A DNA stretch of 64,000 nucleotides from an uncultured Nitrospiraceae bacterium (GTDB lineage: Bacteria > Nitrospirota > Thermodesulfovibrionia > Thermodesulfovibrionales > Dissulfurispiraceae), in the NCBI GenBank assembly GCA_963705105.1, contig CAVPIW010000005.1, forward strand, positions 128,001 to 192,000, in the 5' to 3' direction. Shown here piece after piece: positions 30,962 through 41,697 of the stretch. The position numbers were made by a program, and so were the translations under genes. Each line of letters starts with the position of its first letter. Position 1 is the first letter of the stretch. The notes below the pieces were generated by a model. The model searched no databases, was not told the origin of the DNA, and saw nothing but the letters and a program-made list of their open reading frames with translations.

Positions 30962-32878
30962 ATGTCAGAAAAGGTCTATCGTTATTGGAACAATGAGATG
31001 TTAGAGGATGTCACCCCTCTGAAATACGGCGACAAGGACCTTGCCGCCGTCATCGGATGGGGAGGCGTCCAGATCTTTGACCCTGCGGTCGATATCGTAG
31101 AGCTCTGCTATGAATACGCGAAGGCCGTTCAGGGTTATTCCTGCGGGCAATGCACACCGTGCAGGGCGGGGACGCGGGTCATACAGGACCTCCTTGGAAA
31201 GATCAGAGAGGGCTACGGCAGGGAGAACGATCTGGACCTCATCAAATCCCTCGCCCAGACCATTTCTGATGCTTCCATGTGCGAGATCGGCAAAAGCTCT
31301 CCGCCTGCCTTCATCCATATGATCGACACCTTCAGGGATGAATTCGTCAAGGCCATCCAGAAGAAGGAGACGAAGAGCAACGGGTACCAGTTCGGCTCCA
31401 TCGTGACCGCTCCCTGCCAGCAGGCATGCCCCATTCACCTGAACATCCCGAAATACATCGAGGAGATCAAGTTTGGCCGCTACGAGGATTCACTGAATGT
31501 GATCAGGGAGAGACTGCCCCTTCCCGGTGTCGTCGGGAGGGTCTGCGTACGTCCTTGTGAATTCAACTGCCGGAGGGCCCTCATCGACGAGCCGATACAG
31601 ATCAAGCACCTCAAACGGTTCGTCGCCGACTTCGAGCTTGAGCGCGGCGGCGGCCCCCTCTGGGAGCAGGGCTCCCGGAATAATATCAGGGTCGCCATTG
31701 TCGGGGCCGGTCCCGCAGGGGTTTCCTGCGCATGTTTCCTGGCCCAGATGGGGTACGATGTGACGATCTATGAGATGCTCCCAGAGCCGGGCGGCATGGC
31801 TGCCGTCGGCATCCCCGATTACCGTCTGCCGAGGGCTATCCTGCAGGGAGAAATCAAGAATGTCGAGGACCTGGGTGTGAAGATCGAATACGGCAAGGCC
31901 CTGGGCATCCATTTCACCCTCGAGGACCTCGAAAAGGAAGGGTTCAAGGCCATCTTCATCGGCATGGGCTGCCATTGCCATAAAGCCATGGGCGTCGAGG
32001 GCGAGGACAAGGGATACGAAGGGTATATGCCCGGCGTGTATTTTCTGAGGAATTCCAACCTCGGCCTCCTCGACGAGCTCCCGAAGGGAACGAAGATCGC
32101 CGTCGTCGGAGGCGGCAACGTCGCCATCGACTGTGTCAGGATGGCCTTCCGCCTGGGCTTCGATGATTCGAACATCGTATACAGGAGAACGGAAAAGGAG
32201 ATGCCCGCCGACGAGATCGAGATCAGGGACGCCAAGGCCGAGGGGGTCAAATTCCACTTCCTCACGGCGCCCAAGAGGATCGTCGCAGAGGACGGGAAGG
32301 TGAAGGGACTCGAGTGCTTTAAGATGGAACTGGGCGAGCCCGACAAATCGGGCAGAAGGAAGCCCGTCCCCGTCCCGGACTCCGACTTCATCATTGAAGC
32401 CGACGTCATCATTCCCGCCATCGGTCAGGAGGGGGATTACTCCTGCATGTGCAACCTGCCCGGCGTGGACGTGACGAAGTGGGGAGCCCTCATCGTCAAC
32501 GATTTCCTCATGTCGAGCAGAAAGGGTGTCTTTGCCGGCGGCGACTGCGTCACGGGGCCGGATGTCCTCATCAGGGCCTGTGCCCAGGGAAGGCTGACGG
32601 CATTCCGGATCGACAAGTTCCTGAAAGAGGGGACACTCGATTTCTTTGACGAGGAACTGGACGAGAAACTGATCAAGAACCTGAAGATCTATGATCCCTC
32701 CGAGAAGGTGGCCCTTCCTGGCGGCGTTCCGAGGATGCCCATCAAGCATGAGCCCGCGGAGGAGCGGAAGAAGGATTTCCGCGAAGTCGACAAGGGATTC
32801 ACGACGGACGAGGCGAAGGCTGAGGCGTCACGGTGCCTCAGGTGTTACCGGGTAGTAACCTTTGCAAAGGGAAAATAA
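30962..32878 (+). CDS. FAD/Fe-S oxidoreductase (NuoF-type 4Fe-4S domain + GltD/SfrB-like), probable NADP(H)-binding FDH beta subunit
   Basis: SCGQCTPCRAG, PCQQACP, GRVCVRPCE, GAGPAG, GGGNVAIDC..YRR, EASRCLRC. Confidence 0.85.
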   Translation: MSEKVYRYWNNEMLEDVTPLKYGDKDLAAVIGWGGVQIFDPAVDIVELCYEYAKAVQGYSCGQCTPCRAGTRVIQDLLGKIREGYGRENDLDLIKSLAQTISDASMCEIGKSSPPAFIHMIDTFRDEFVKAIQKKETKSNGYQFGSIVTAPCQQACPIHLNIPKYIEEIKFGRYEDSLNVIRERLPLPGVVGRVCVRPCEFNCRRALIDEPIQIKHLKRFVADFELERGGGPLWEQGSRNNIRVAIVGAGPAGVSCACFLAQMGYDVTIYEMLPEPGGMAAVGIPDYRLPRAILQGEIKNVEDLGVKIEYGKALGIHFTLEDLEKEGFKAIFIGMGCHCHKAMGVEGEDKGYEGYMPGVYFLRNSNLGLLDELPKGTKIAVVGGGNVAIDCVRMAFRLGFDDSNIVYRRTEKEMPADEIEIRDAKAEGVKFHFLTAPKRIVAEDGKVKGLECFKMELGEPDKSGRRKPVPVPDSDFIIEADVIIPAIGQEGDYSCMCNLPGVDVTKWGALIVNDFLMSSRKGVFAGGDCVTGPDVLIRACAQGRLTAFRIDKFLKEGTLDFFDEELDEKLIKNLKIYDPSEKVALPGGVPRMPIKHEPAEERKKDFREVDKGFTTDEAKAEASRCLRCYRVVTFAKGK

Positions 32879-32893
32879 AACGAGGAGACGACA

Positions 32894-35599
32894 ATGCAAG
32901 TAGTTGTCAACGGAAAAACAATAGAGGCCGCTGAGGGCGATTCGATCCTGAAGATCGCCGAGGCCAACGACATCCATATTCCGACGCTCTGTTACCTGAA
33001 GAAGCTTTCGCCGATCGGCTCCTGCAGGATGTGCGTCGTCGAGGTCGAAGGCCTTGAAAAGCCCGTCACCGCCTGTGACACCCCCGCCGTCAACGGCATG
33101 GTGATACAGACGGACACGCCGAAACTCAGGGACATGCGGAGGGAAATCCTCCGGTTCCTGCTGGTCAATCACCCGCTGGAATGTCCCTTCTGCGACAAGG
33201 CGGGGGAATGCATGCTCCAGGACCTGGTTTACGAATACCTGGACGACGTCCAGCAGTTCCTTGTGAGCATCCCCGGCAAAAAGTACAAGGAATACGCGAC
33301 TCCCGCCATCGTTTATCACCCCAACCGCTGCGTCGTCTGCAGCAGGTGCGTCAGGGCCTGCAGGGAGATCATAGGCAGAAGCGTGCTCGACCTTGTGAAC
33401 AAAGGGTATGAGACGCGGGTCGAGGCGGTGGCGCCGGAGCGCTGCATCTCCTGCGGTGAATGCCTCTCCGTCTGTCCCGTCGGCGCCCTGACCGAGCACG
33501 TGAGCGAGCGCAAAGGCAGGGTATGGTATGCGAAGAAGGTCCCGACGGTCTGCGGATATTGCGGCGTCGGCTGTGCCATCGAGTTGAACATATATGACGA
33601 TAAGGTCATTAAGGTCACCACCGATGAGGAAGCGGGACCGAACAACGGGTCTCTTTGCGTCAAGGGACGGTTCGGATACGGCTTTATCACGAGCCCCGAC
33701 CGCATCAAGACGCCCATGATCCGCAAGAACGGGAGCCTCCAGGAGGCAACCTGGGACGAAGCCCTGAATTATGCGGCGCGCACCCTGAAGAGGATCAAGG
33801 AGGACCACGGGCCCGACAGCATCGCCGGTCTCACCTCGGCGCGGTGCACCAACGAGGACAATTACGTGTTCCAGAAGTTCATGAGGGCAACGATCGGCAC
33901 GAACAACATCGATCATTGCGCCCGACTTTGACACTCGAGCACCGTGGCCGGTCTGGCCCAAACGCTCGGTTCAGGAGCAATGACGAACTCGATCGACGAC
34001 CTCGATCAGGCTGACGTAATCCTCGTGACGGGGAGCAACACCACGGAGACTCACCCGGTCATCGGCATGAGGCTCCGCCATCTGGCGCGGTATCACGGCA
34101 AGAAGATCATCGTCGTCGATCCCAGGAGGATCGACCTCGTCGAAGAGGCCGCCATGTGGCTTTCCCCGAAACCCGGTCACGACCTGGCATGGCTCAACGG
34201 GTTTGCAAACGTGATCATTGCCGAGAATCTCCAAAACCAGAAGTTCATCGACGAGCAGACCGAGGGATTCAACGATCTGAAGTCCCTCGTCGCGAAATAC
34301 ACTCCTGAACACGTTGAGGGGATTACAGGCATCCCGAAGGATGACCTCATCCGTGCAGCCCGGCTTTACGGGACCGCAAAGAACGCGGCCATCCTCTACT
34401 GCATGGGCATCACTCAGCATTCGAAGGGCACCGACAATGTGAAGGCCATCTCGAACCTCGCCCTGCTCTGCGGCCAGATCGGGAGGCCCGGAACAGGCGT
34501 CAACCCCCTGAGGGGACAGAACAACGTCCAGGGCGCCTGCGACATGGGAGGCCTGCCGAATGTCTATCCCGGATACCAGGCTGTGACGGTCCCGGAGATC
34601 AGGGAGAAATTCGAAAAGGCTTGGGGAGTGCCGCTCTCACCGAAGGCGGGGGTGACCGTCGTCGAGATGACCCACGCTGCACATGCCGGAAAGATAAAGG
34701 CGATGTATATCATGGGAGAGAACCCCATGATCACCGATCCCGATCTCACCCATGTGGAGGAGGCCTTCGACCGCCTGGAACTCCTCGTCGTCCAGGATAT
34801 CTTCCTCACCGAAACGGCGAGGAAGGCCCACGTCGTCCTGCCCGCCGCATCCTTCGCAGAGAAGGACGGGACCTTCGCCAACACGGAGCGACGCGTCCAG
34901 AAGGTGAACAAGGCGCTCCAGGAGCCGGGCATATCACGTCAGGACTGGGACATCACAGCCGACCTCAGCACGAGAATGGGATATCCCATGAAGTACGCAA
35001 AGGCTGAGGATGTCTTTGAAGAAATCCGCAAGTTTACCCCGCAGTATGCCGGCATCACCTTTGGAAGGCTCGGGACCAAAGGGATCCAGTGGCCCTGCCC
35101 CACCACCTCTCACCCGGGCACCCCGATCCTGCACAAGGAAAAGATCACCCGGGGCAAAGGGCTGTTCAAGGGCGTCGAATACCGGCCGCCTGCGGAGACG
35201 GTCGACGATGAATATCCGTTCGTCCTTACCACAGGCAGGGACTACTATCACTATCATTCATCGACTATGACGAGAAGGGTCGGCCTCCTCGTCGACTTCT
35301 GCCCCGAAAGCCTCGCGGAAATAAACCCGGCCGATGCCGAGAATCTCGGCATCACCGACGGGGACTGGATCAAGGTCCGGAGCAGGAGAGGCCAGGTTGT
35401 CGTGAAGACGAAGATAACGAAACGGGTGCCGAAGGGTGTGATTTTCAAGAAATTCCACTTTGTCGAGGCCTCGGTGAACAGGCTCACGAACCCGATCCTC
35501 GACCCTGAATCGAAGATACCCGAGTTCAAGGTCTGCGCTGTAAAGATCGAGAAGGCGAAGGAGGCGGACCTCCTGGCACAGGGTATGTGCTTCGGATAG
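32894..35599 (+). CDS. fdhA: Formate dehydrogenase alpha subunit, selenoprotein (UGA at 33929-33931), with N-terminal Fe-S domains, 901 aa
   Basis: CGYCGVGC, DHCARL-UGA-HSSTVAGL, LRGQNNVQGACD; the two ORF-track pieces are in frame. Confidence 0.95.
33936..33968 (+). promoter_or_regulatory. Bacterial SECIS element of fdhA
   Basis: cgagc-accgt-ggcc-GGTCT-ggcc-caaac-gctcg just after the UGA. Confidence 0.8.
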
Positions 35600-35642
35600 A
35601 TCGCAGGCAGGCGGGGTAGACATCCCGCCTCCGAAGGTTCAG

Positions 35643-35677
35643 AGGGCTTTCATCATGTCAGGGTGAAAGCCCTTTTT
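35643..35677 (+). terminator. Intrinsic terminator between convergent fdhA and scpA
   Basis: agggctttcatc/ggtgaaagccct stem followed by T-run. Confidence 0.75.
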
Positions 35678-36419
35678 ATTCGTTTTCAACGATCCGCTTC
35701 ATAATCCAGATCGTCCCGAAAGGTCCCTCCTGGTAGGCCCGCACGAGGCCGATCCTCAGGACCTCAAGAAGAGCAAGAAAGGTGACGATGACATGGACCC
35801 TCGTGCGGTCATCGCGGAAGAGATCGTCGAACCTCAGGGACTTCTCGGCCTCGAGACGGTCGAGAATCGCTGTTATCCTGTCCTTGACCGTCAATGTCTC
35901 CCGTGAAATACTGAAGGACTCCTCCTTCTGCTCCTTCAGTATTCTGCCCAGAGCGCCGAGGAGATCGAAGAGGTTGAGATCGAAAAGAGAGAGTTCCGGT
36001 TCGGGAGGAAGTTCGCTCTTCTCCATGAGAGGCCTGTGAAAAATATCCGCCCAGAGCGCTTCCTTGTCCCTCAACTGGGCCGAGGCCTCCTTGATGCTCT
36101 GGTATTCGAGCAGTTTCTGGACAAGGTCGGTTCTCGGGTCTTCCTCGTCCGTCGCCTGCTGATCTGTTTCAATGGGCAGGAGCATGCGCGACTTAATGTA
36201 TATGAGGGTCGCCGCCATGACGATGAATTCAGAGGCGACATCGAGGTTCAGTTCCTGCATCAGTCCGATGTAATCGAGGTATTGATGAGTGATCTGGGCG
36301 ATAGGGATGTCGTAGATGTCCATCTTGTTCTCCCTGATGAGGTGGAGAAGGAGATCGAGTGGGCCTTCGAAAAGAGGGACCTTGATGGTGTAGCGTCCGC
36401 GCGGGATTATGTCTTCCAT
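35676..36419 (-). CDS. scpA: Segregation and condensation protein A
   Basis: FEGPLDLLLHLI, KSRMLLP, TFLALLE; real start MEDIIP at 36419. Confidence 0.93.
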   Translation of the reverse strand: MEDIIPRGRYTIKVPLFEGPLDLLLHLIRENKMDIYDIPIAQITHQYLDYIGLMQELNLDVASEFIVMAATLIYIKSRMLLPIETDQQATDEEDPRTDLVQKLLEYQSIKEASAQLRDKEALWADIFHRPLMEKSELPPEPELSLFDLNLFDLLGALGRILKEQKEESFSISRETLTVKDRITAILDRLEAEKSLRFDDLFRDDRTRVHVIVTFLALLEVLRIGLVRAYQEGPFGTIWIMKRIVENE

Positions 36420-36459
36420 GTCCAGAGGACAGTTTATCGCAGGGCAACGCAAAAAGACA

Positions 36460-37480
36460 AACGATATTGCGAGGCCACCAGTAAGAACAGGCTGTCTCAA
36501 TGGTATGAGCGGACGGCAGTACAGCAGATTCGCCCCGTTGATCTGGGAGAGCTCACAAGCCAGAGGTATTGGGAGAAGTGGGACAGGGTGACTGAAGACG
36601 GTCTCGTTCAGATATCCAGGAGGTTCTTTAAACGGATTTGGGCTCTTGAGGCTCCCGATGCCGATTGTCTCCTGTTTGACACGACGAACTACTATACCTT
36701 CATGGCGAGCGATACGCCCTCTGCCCTTGCTAAAAGAGGCAAGAACAAGGAAGGGCGGCATAACCTGCGGCAGGTCGGCCTGGGGCTTTTAGTGACGCGC
36801 GGCTCTCGGCTGCCTTTGTACTACTGCGTCTATCCGGGCAATCTCCATGACAGCCGCCAGTTTGCTGCGGTGATGGATGAGATGTTCGGTGTTGTCTGCG
36901 GTTTTGATACGACCAAAGAGCGACTGACCGTGGTGATCGACAAGGGGATGAACTCCGAAGGCAACTTTGCATGGATCGATGAGCATTCCCGGATTCACTT
37001 CGTTACGACCTATTCGACGTACTTCGCCCAGGACTTGGCCTCTATGCATTTGGATGAGTTCGAGCCGGCTGATACCAAGAAAAACCGTCTCTTAACGGAG
37101 AAAAAAAAAAAAGACGACCAAATCCTCGTCTATCGCACGAAAGGGGAGTACTGGGGCAAGGAGCGGGCAGTGGTTGTGACGTATAATCCCATTACCGAGC
37201 GGAAACAGACCTACACGTTTGACAGCAAACTGGAAGACATCAGGCAAGAGCTTCTTGCCATGCGGTCACGGGTTCGGGACAGGGCGCCTCATTGGCGCGA
37301 TCCCGAGATGATCAAAGAGAGATACCTGAGGATCTGCGAGCATCTCCACGTCCCAAGCGATCTGTACGATATCGAGTTGTCACAGAGGGGCGGCACGTTA
37401 TCCATGAGCTTCCGCAGGAATGTGGTCCGTGTCCAGAGGAAACGGGCTATGTTCGGCAAGAACATCATCATCACCGATAA
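36460..37480 (+). mobile_element. IS1634-family transposase fragment truncated at both ends (boundaries approximate)
   Basis: FDTTNYY, RGKNKEGR..LRQV, YPGNLHD, VIDKG; no own start, similarity ends after GKNIIITD. Confidence 0.8.
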
Positions 37481-37599
37481 AGAGACAGTGTGTTCACAAT
37501 ATGGGGCTGTTCCGGGAAGGCAGATATGGTTCGACTCAATAACTCAATGACTTTTGCGGTGACATCTTCTCCCGCCATTTCATGTGACTGGATGATAAA

Positions 37600-37747
37600 T
37601 AGTGTCTGTCCACAAACTCATGACGTGCAGTATATTTGTCATTCCGGCTTATCCGGAATCGTTGTTTCAGAAGGATTCCCGACGCCCCCGCATCAAGTGC
37701 GGGGTTGCGGGAATGACAGCTGAAGATTGCTTTATGGACAGACACTA
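37600..37747. mobile_element. MITE-like element (family C) with TA-ended terminal inverted repeats enclosing a TGTCATTCC palindrome (37637-37718)
   Basis: tagtgtctgtccacaaa / tttatggacagacacta match 16/17 inverted. Confidence 0.7.
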
Positions 37748-37972
37748 AACCTTATCGTTGCAATACACTCCCGGGAAAGGCGGGGCTGGGGTGAATGCGC
37801 CGAAAACCTTGCTGCGGCGACACCATAACCCTCACAGAAGACAACCGTTCAAGCCAATGGCCGATCACACAAAGAGTGGAGTCCTGAAAGACAAACCTGA
37901 CGAGGCTTATCGTCGCCTTCATCAAGGCTTTGAGGCGCTTCGCCCCGCCTTTCTATGCAACTATAGAGTAAA
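37746..37972 (+). repeat. Fold-back repeat family A, copy 10
   Basis: 37748-37825 identical to copy 9; right arm cttcgccccgcctttctatgcaac. Confidence 0.9.
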
Positions 37973-38036
37973 TAGTGATTGTCACTGGTGTCCAAAATGA
38001 TCTGACACGACGATAGGGCATGATTTCTTCACATAA

Positions 38037-38220
38037 TAAACCCTTATCACCGCAATGATATCTCAGGAAAGACGGGGCGAATGCGCCGAAAAGCATCGGT
38101 GCCGCGAAACCTTTGCCTTCCCGCACAGACCATTGCAGACAGACGTCTGAAAAAAGTGATCCTTTTACTGACACTGTCACTATTTTTCAGAGCGTGTTGC
38201 ACCGTCTTTTCGTGCAAGGC
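38037..38220 (+). repeat. Fold-back repeat family A, copy 11
   Basis: gaaagacggggcgaa ... ttgcaccgtcttttc. Confidence 0.85.
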
Positions 38221-38317
38221 AACCGTCAATTTTGCTTCAGAAACCACACCCTATCCTCATTTTCAAGGTCTCGCTGTCAACTATTTTGGACACGAGTGAG
38301 TAATGGTACAATAATAC

Positions 38318-39080
38318 ATGTCACATCGGGATAAACAGAGGCTTGACAAGGTGCTCGTCGACAGGGGCCTTGTCGCAAGCAGGGAACGGGCACGGGCGCT
38401 CATCATGGAGGGTAAGGTGTCCGTCCGCGGTGTGCCTGCCCTCAAGGCCGGCGCCCTGATCTTGCCCGGCGACGACGTGCAATTGAAAGGCGACGACATT
38501 CCCTATGTGAGCCGCGGCGGCCTGAAGCTCGAAGCAGCCCTGCACTTCTTCGGCATATCATTGTCCGGCAAGGTCGCCATGGACGTCGGGTCCTCAACAG
38601 GCGGATTCACAGACTGCATGCTCCAGGGGGGGGCAAGACGGGTCTATTGCATCGACGTCGGATATGGGCAGCTTGCATGGAAACTCCGCAATGACCCGAG
38701 GGTTATCCTCCTGGAGAGGACAAACATCCGGCTGCTCCCCCGAGAATCGATATCCCGAACCGATCGATATCGCCACCGTCGATGTTTCCTTCATCTCTCT
38801 CGGCAAAGTTATACCGACGGTGCTGGAGTTTCTCGGGTCTCCGGGAGAAATCCTCGCCCTTGTGAAGCCGCAGTTCGAGGTCGGCAAGGGTGAAGTCGGC
38901 AAGGGGGGCATCGTCCGGGATGAAGAGAAGCGTTTGGAGGCCGTGGATGCCGTCATGAAAGGGCTTGCGCTTCTGCCCCTCCGGAGCGCCGGTGTCTTCC
39001 TTTGCCCGGTGCCCGGTCAAAAGGGGAACAGGGAATACTTCATACACCTGCTGAGGGAAGTTCGGAAGCATCCCCCCTGA
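38318..39080 (+). pseudogene. tlyA: TlyA rRNA methyltransferase with a +1 frameshift near 38750-38753 (pseudogene or assembly error)
   Basis: S4 domain, YVSRGGLKL, DVGSSTGGFTD in one frame; DVSFISL, KPQFE, GNREY in the next. Confidence 0.9.
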
Positions 39081-39160
39081 AGAACCTACGGATTAAACGC
39101 AATTCCGTCAGCACTTGTCATATAAGAGAGTTGTTTAGGAAAAGAGTGGTACAATATCGT

Positions 39161-40153
39161 ATGTCAACCGGCATGTCTGATATTCCTCATATATCCTGTC
39201 CTGCGCTCAGGTCGCTCCTGGCCTCGCAGGGCGGCGTCGCTTTGCTCATCGTGCTTTGGGTGCTCACGATGCTCATGGTGATCGTCCTGTCCTTCTCCTT
39301 CATGACGAGAACGGAAACCCACGCCACACTCACGTTCAGAGAAGGAATAGAAAAGAAGTTCCTTGCCGAGTCGGGTATCCAGAGGGCGATCATGGAGCTC
39401 TTCTACAGGAACACCTACAAGGGCCAGACGGTCGTTCTCGAAGGCAAGGAGGTGTGGCGTGTTGACGGAACTTCCTACGAGGGAGAGACCGGCAACGGCT
39501 CGTATACGGTGAAAATCACTGACGAGTCGGGGAAGATAGACATAAATTACGCCCCTGATGTACTATTAAAAAACTTCTTTATCCACATGGGCGTTTCCGA
39601 TCAAGTCATCGACACCCTTGTGGATTCGATCATGGACTGGAAAGACCCCGATGACCTCCACAGACTCAGCGGCGCTGAAAGTGATTATTATCAGTCATTG
39701 CCGAAGCCGTACAAGGCCAAGGACGCCAATTTCGACACCGTCGAGGAACTGCTCCTCGTGAAGGGCATGACACCCGAGATATTATACGGTGACGGGACAA
39801 AACCCGGCGCAATCGAATTCCTCACCGTCCATTCACGTTCCGCTACCATCAACGTGACATCCGCGCCGAAAGAGGTGCTGATGGCGATACCGGGCATGAC
39901 GGAGGAACTGGCCGACGGTATCATTAGCGATCGCGAAACGCAGCAGGAAGAGACTCATCAGCCGGCCATCCCGACGGAGGGCAGGCAATATGCGTCCTTC
40001 GGCGCAACGACGGCGATCTATACCATAGAATCCGTTGGAAGAAAGGGGACGGACAAAACAGGACATGCCATCAGGGCCACCGTCATGATCGACAGTGCGC
40101 AGAATACGCAGAAATACCTGTATTACAAGAGTCCCGCTATCGTTCATCCATGA
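39161..40153 (+). CDS. gspK: Type II secretion minor pseudopilin K
   Basis: G-VALLIVLWV prepilin-like N-terminus, DESGKIDIN, DWKDPD, GAESDYY, EELLLVKG; start uncertain. Confidence 0.88.
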   Translation: MSTGMSDIPHISCPALRSLLASQGGVALLIVLWVLTMLMVIVLSFSFMTRTETHATLTFREGIEKKFLAESGIQRAIMELFYRNTYKGQTVVLEGKEVWRVDGTSYEGETGNGSYTVKITDESGKIDINYAPDVLLKNFFIHMGVSDQVIDTLVDSIMDWKDPDDLHRLSGAESDYYQSLPKPYKAKDANFDTVEELLLVKGMTPEILYGDGTKPGAIEFLTVHSRSATINVTSAPKEVLMAIPGMTEELADGIISDRETQQEETHQPAIPTEGRQYASFGATTAIYTIESVGRKGTDKTGHAIRATVMIDSAQNTQKYLYYKSPAIVHP

Positions 40154-41697
40154 CGGCATCTGCAGCGATACAGAAATTATCGTCTTTCATCGGCGAAGGA
40201 TCGGCCCTCATGCGGAGGATCGGCAGGCCCGTCGGAAGATTCCTCACATTCAGTCCATCGGACGATCTCATCTTTCCCGGCCGTGCCCTCTGTGTTTCTC
40301 TCGAAAAGGGTGGTACGGCGACAGCCTATGGATCGAGATTCCTGTCGAGGATCAAGATCAGGGGGTTCAGACATTACGGGATCGACGAAGACCGGTACCC
40401 CACACCGGACGAGACGGCATCGGCCGTTACCCTTGCCATCAATGACCTGCGGGCCCGTAAGGGACAAATCATCCTGATGATCCCGAAGGCCTGGGTGATG
40501 ACGAAGACTGCCGAACTGCCGCTGGCTGTGAAGGAGAACCTTCAGGACGTCATTGCCTTTGAATTGGACAGGCTGACCCCGTTGAGCGCTGAAGAAGCCT
40601 ATTACGACTTCCGGATTGTCGGCGAAGACGAAGAGAAGCTCAGCCTCACCATCCTTGCCGCCCGCACCGAGGTGATCGACCCCTATATCAATGCGCTCAG
40701 GGACAAAGGTGTGACCGTCAGCGCAATCGCCGTCTCCCTTGCAGGGGTCGGCACCCTCTGCCACTTCATGGATCGGAAAACGGACACCCTCTATATCGAA
40801 ACGAATGAGAGGGGATATGACGGCACTCTCTTCAGCAAGGGGTCGATCGTTTCCTCCCTTTCGGCACAATTCTCGTCGGACGATGAGACGTCGCAGTCCC
40901 GCCAGCTCGGCGCCGACCTGATGCGCCTTGCGCATAATGATGATGACAGGGGAGAACCCAAAGTCATCCTTCACATGAAGAGAAAGTCACAGACCCTGCG
41001 GGAGCTTGTGAGGCTCGGAACGAACATGAACGTCCTTATGATCGACGAGGTCGATCTGCGCCTTGCCATGAGGGAACCGCAGTCGAATGTCCCCTATGCC
41101 GCAGTCGCCGGTGTCCTTGACACCCTGTGGCCGGCGGTCAAACAGGGAAGGCTGAACCTTATGACAAAGGGACGTCATCAAGAGGTCCGCACGCCCAGGG
41201 TGCTGACGCTGATCCTCTGCCTTGTCATCATCGCGGCTGCCGTCTATTACATGATATCGCCGATCCAGATAGAGGAGAAACGGCTGAAAGAACTGGACCG
41301 CCAGATAGCCCTCAGAAAGGGCGATGTGAAGAAGGTGGAATCCCTGAAGAAAGAGATCGAGTCGGTGAAAAAAGAAATCGCCGTCATCGAGAATTTCAAG
41401 AAGAACAGGCCGATGACGATGACGATCGTGAAGGAAATAACGTCGGTGCTGCCGAAGACGGCCTGGCTGACGAGGCTCAGGATCACCGAGACGACCGTCG
41501 AGATCGAGGGATACTCGAATTCAGCGACGGAGATCCTCTCGAAGCTCGAGGCCTCGAAACACCTGAGGAAGGCGGAATTCGCCTCGCCGACCTTCCGGGA
41601 TGTCAGGATGAATGCCGAGCGGTTCATCATCAAAATGGAACTGGAAGGAGTGAAGAAAGAGGAAGGAGAGAAGCCGAAAAGTGGTCCGAAAAAGTAA
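40150..41697 (+). CDS. gspL: GspL/PilN-like T2SS assembly protein
   Basis: Cytoplasmic actin-like region (ELDRLTPL), NL motif, single TM, coiled coil, PilN domain. Confidence 0.75.
   Translation: MTASAAIQKLSSFIGEGSALMRRIGRPVGRFLTFSPSDDLIFPGRALCVSLEKGGTATAYGSRFLSRIKIRGFRHYGIDEDRYPTPDETASAVTLAINDLRARKGQIILMIPKAWVMTKTAELPLAVKENLQDVIAFELDRLTPLSAEEAYYDFRIVGEDEEKLSLTILAARTEVIDPYINALRDKGVTVSAIAVSLAGVGTLCHFMDRKTDTLYIETNERGYDGTLFSKGSIVSSLSAQFSSDDETSQSRQLGADLMRLAHNDDDRGEPKVILHMKRKSQTLRELVRLGTNMNVLMIDEVDLRLAMREPQSNVPYAAVAGVLDTLWPAVKQGRLNLMTKGRHQEVRTPRVLTLILCLVIIAAAVYYMISPIQIEEKRLKELDRQIALRKGDVKKVESLKKEIESVKKEIAVIENFKKNRPMTMTIVKEITSVLPKTAWLTRLRITETTVEIEGYSNSATEILSKLEASKHLRKAEFASPTFRDVRMNAERFIIKMELEGVKKEEGEKPKSGPKK

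Noticed and set aside
37101..37112. A12 run as a programmed frameshift site
   Set aside because: The reading frame is open through it and the gene is a remnant
36036..37550. 504-aa ORF as an intact transposase
   Set aside because: The first ~140 aa are antisense to scpA and transposase similarity stops after GKNIIITD
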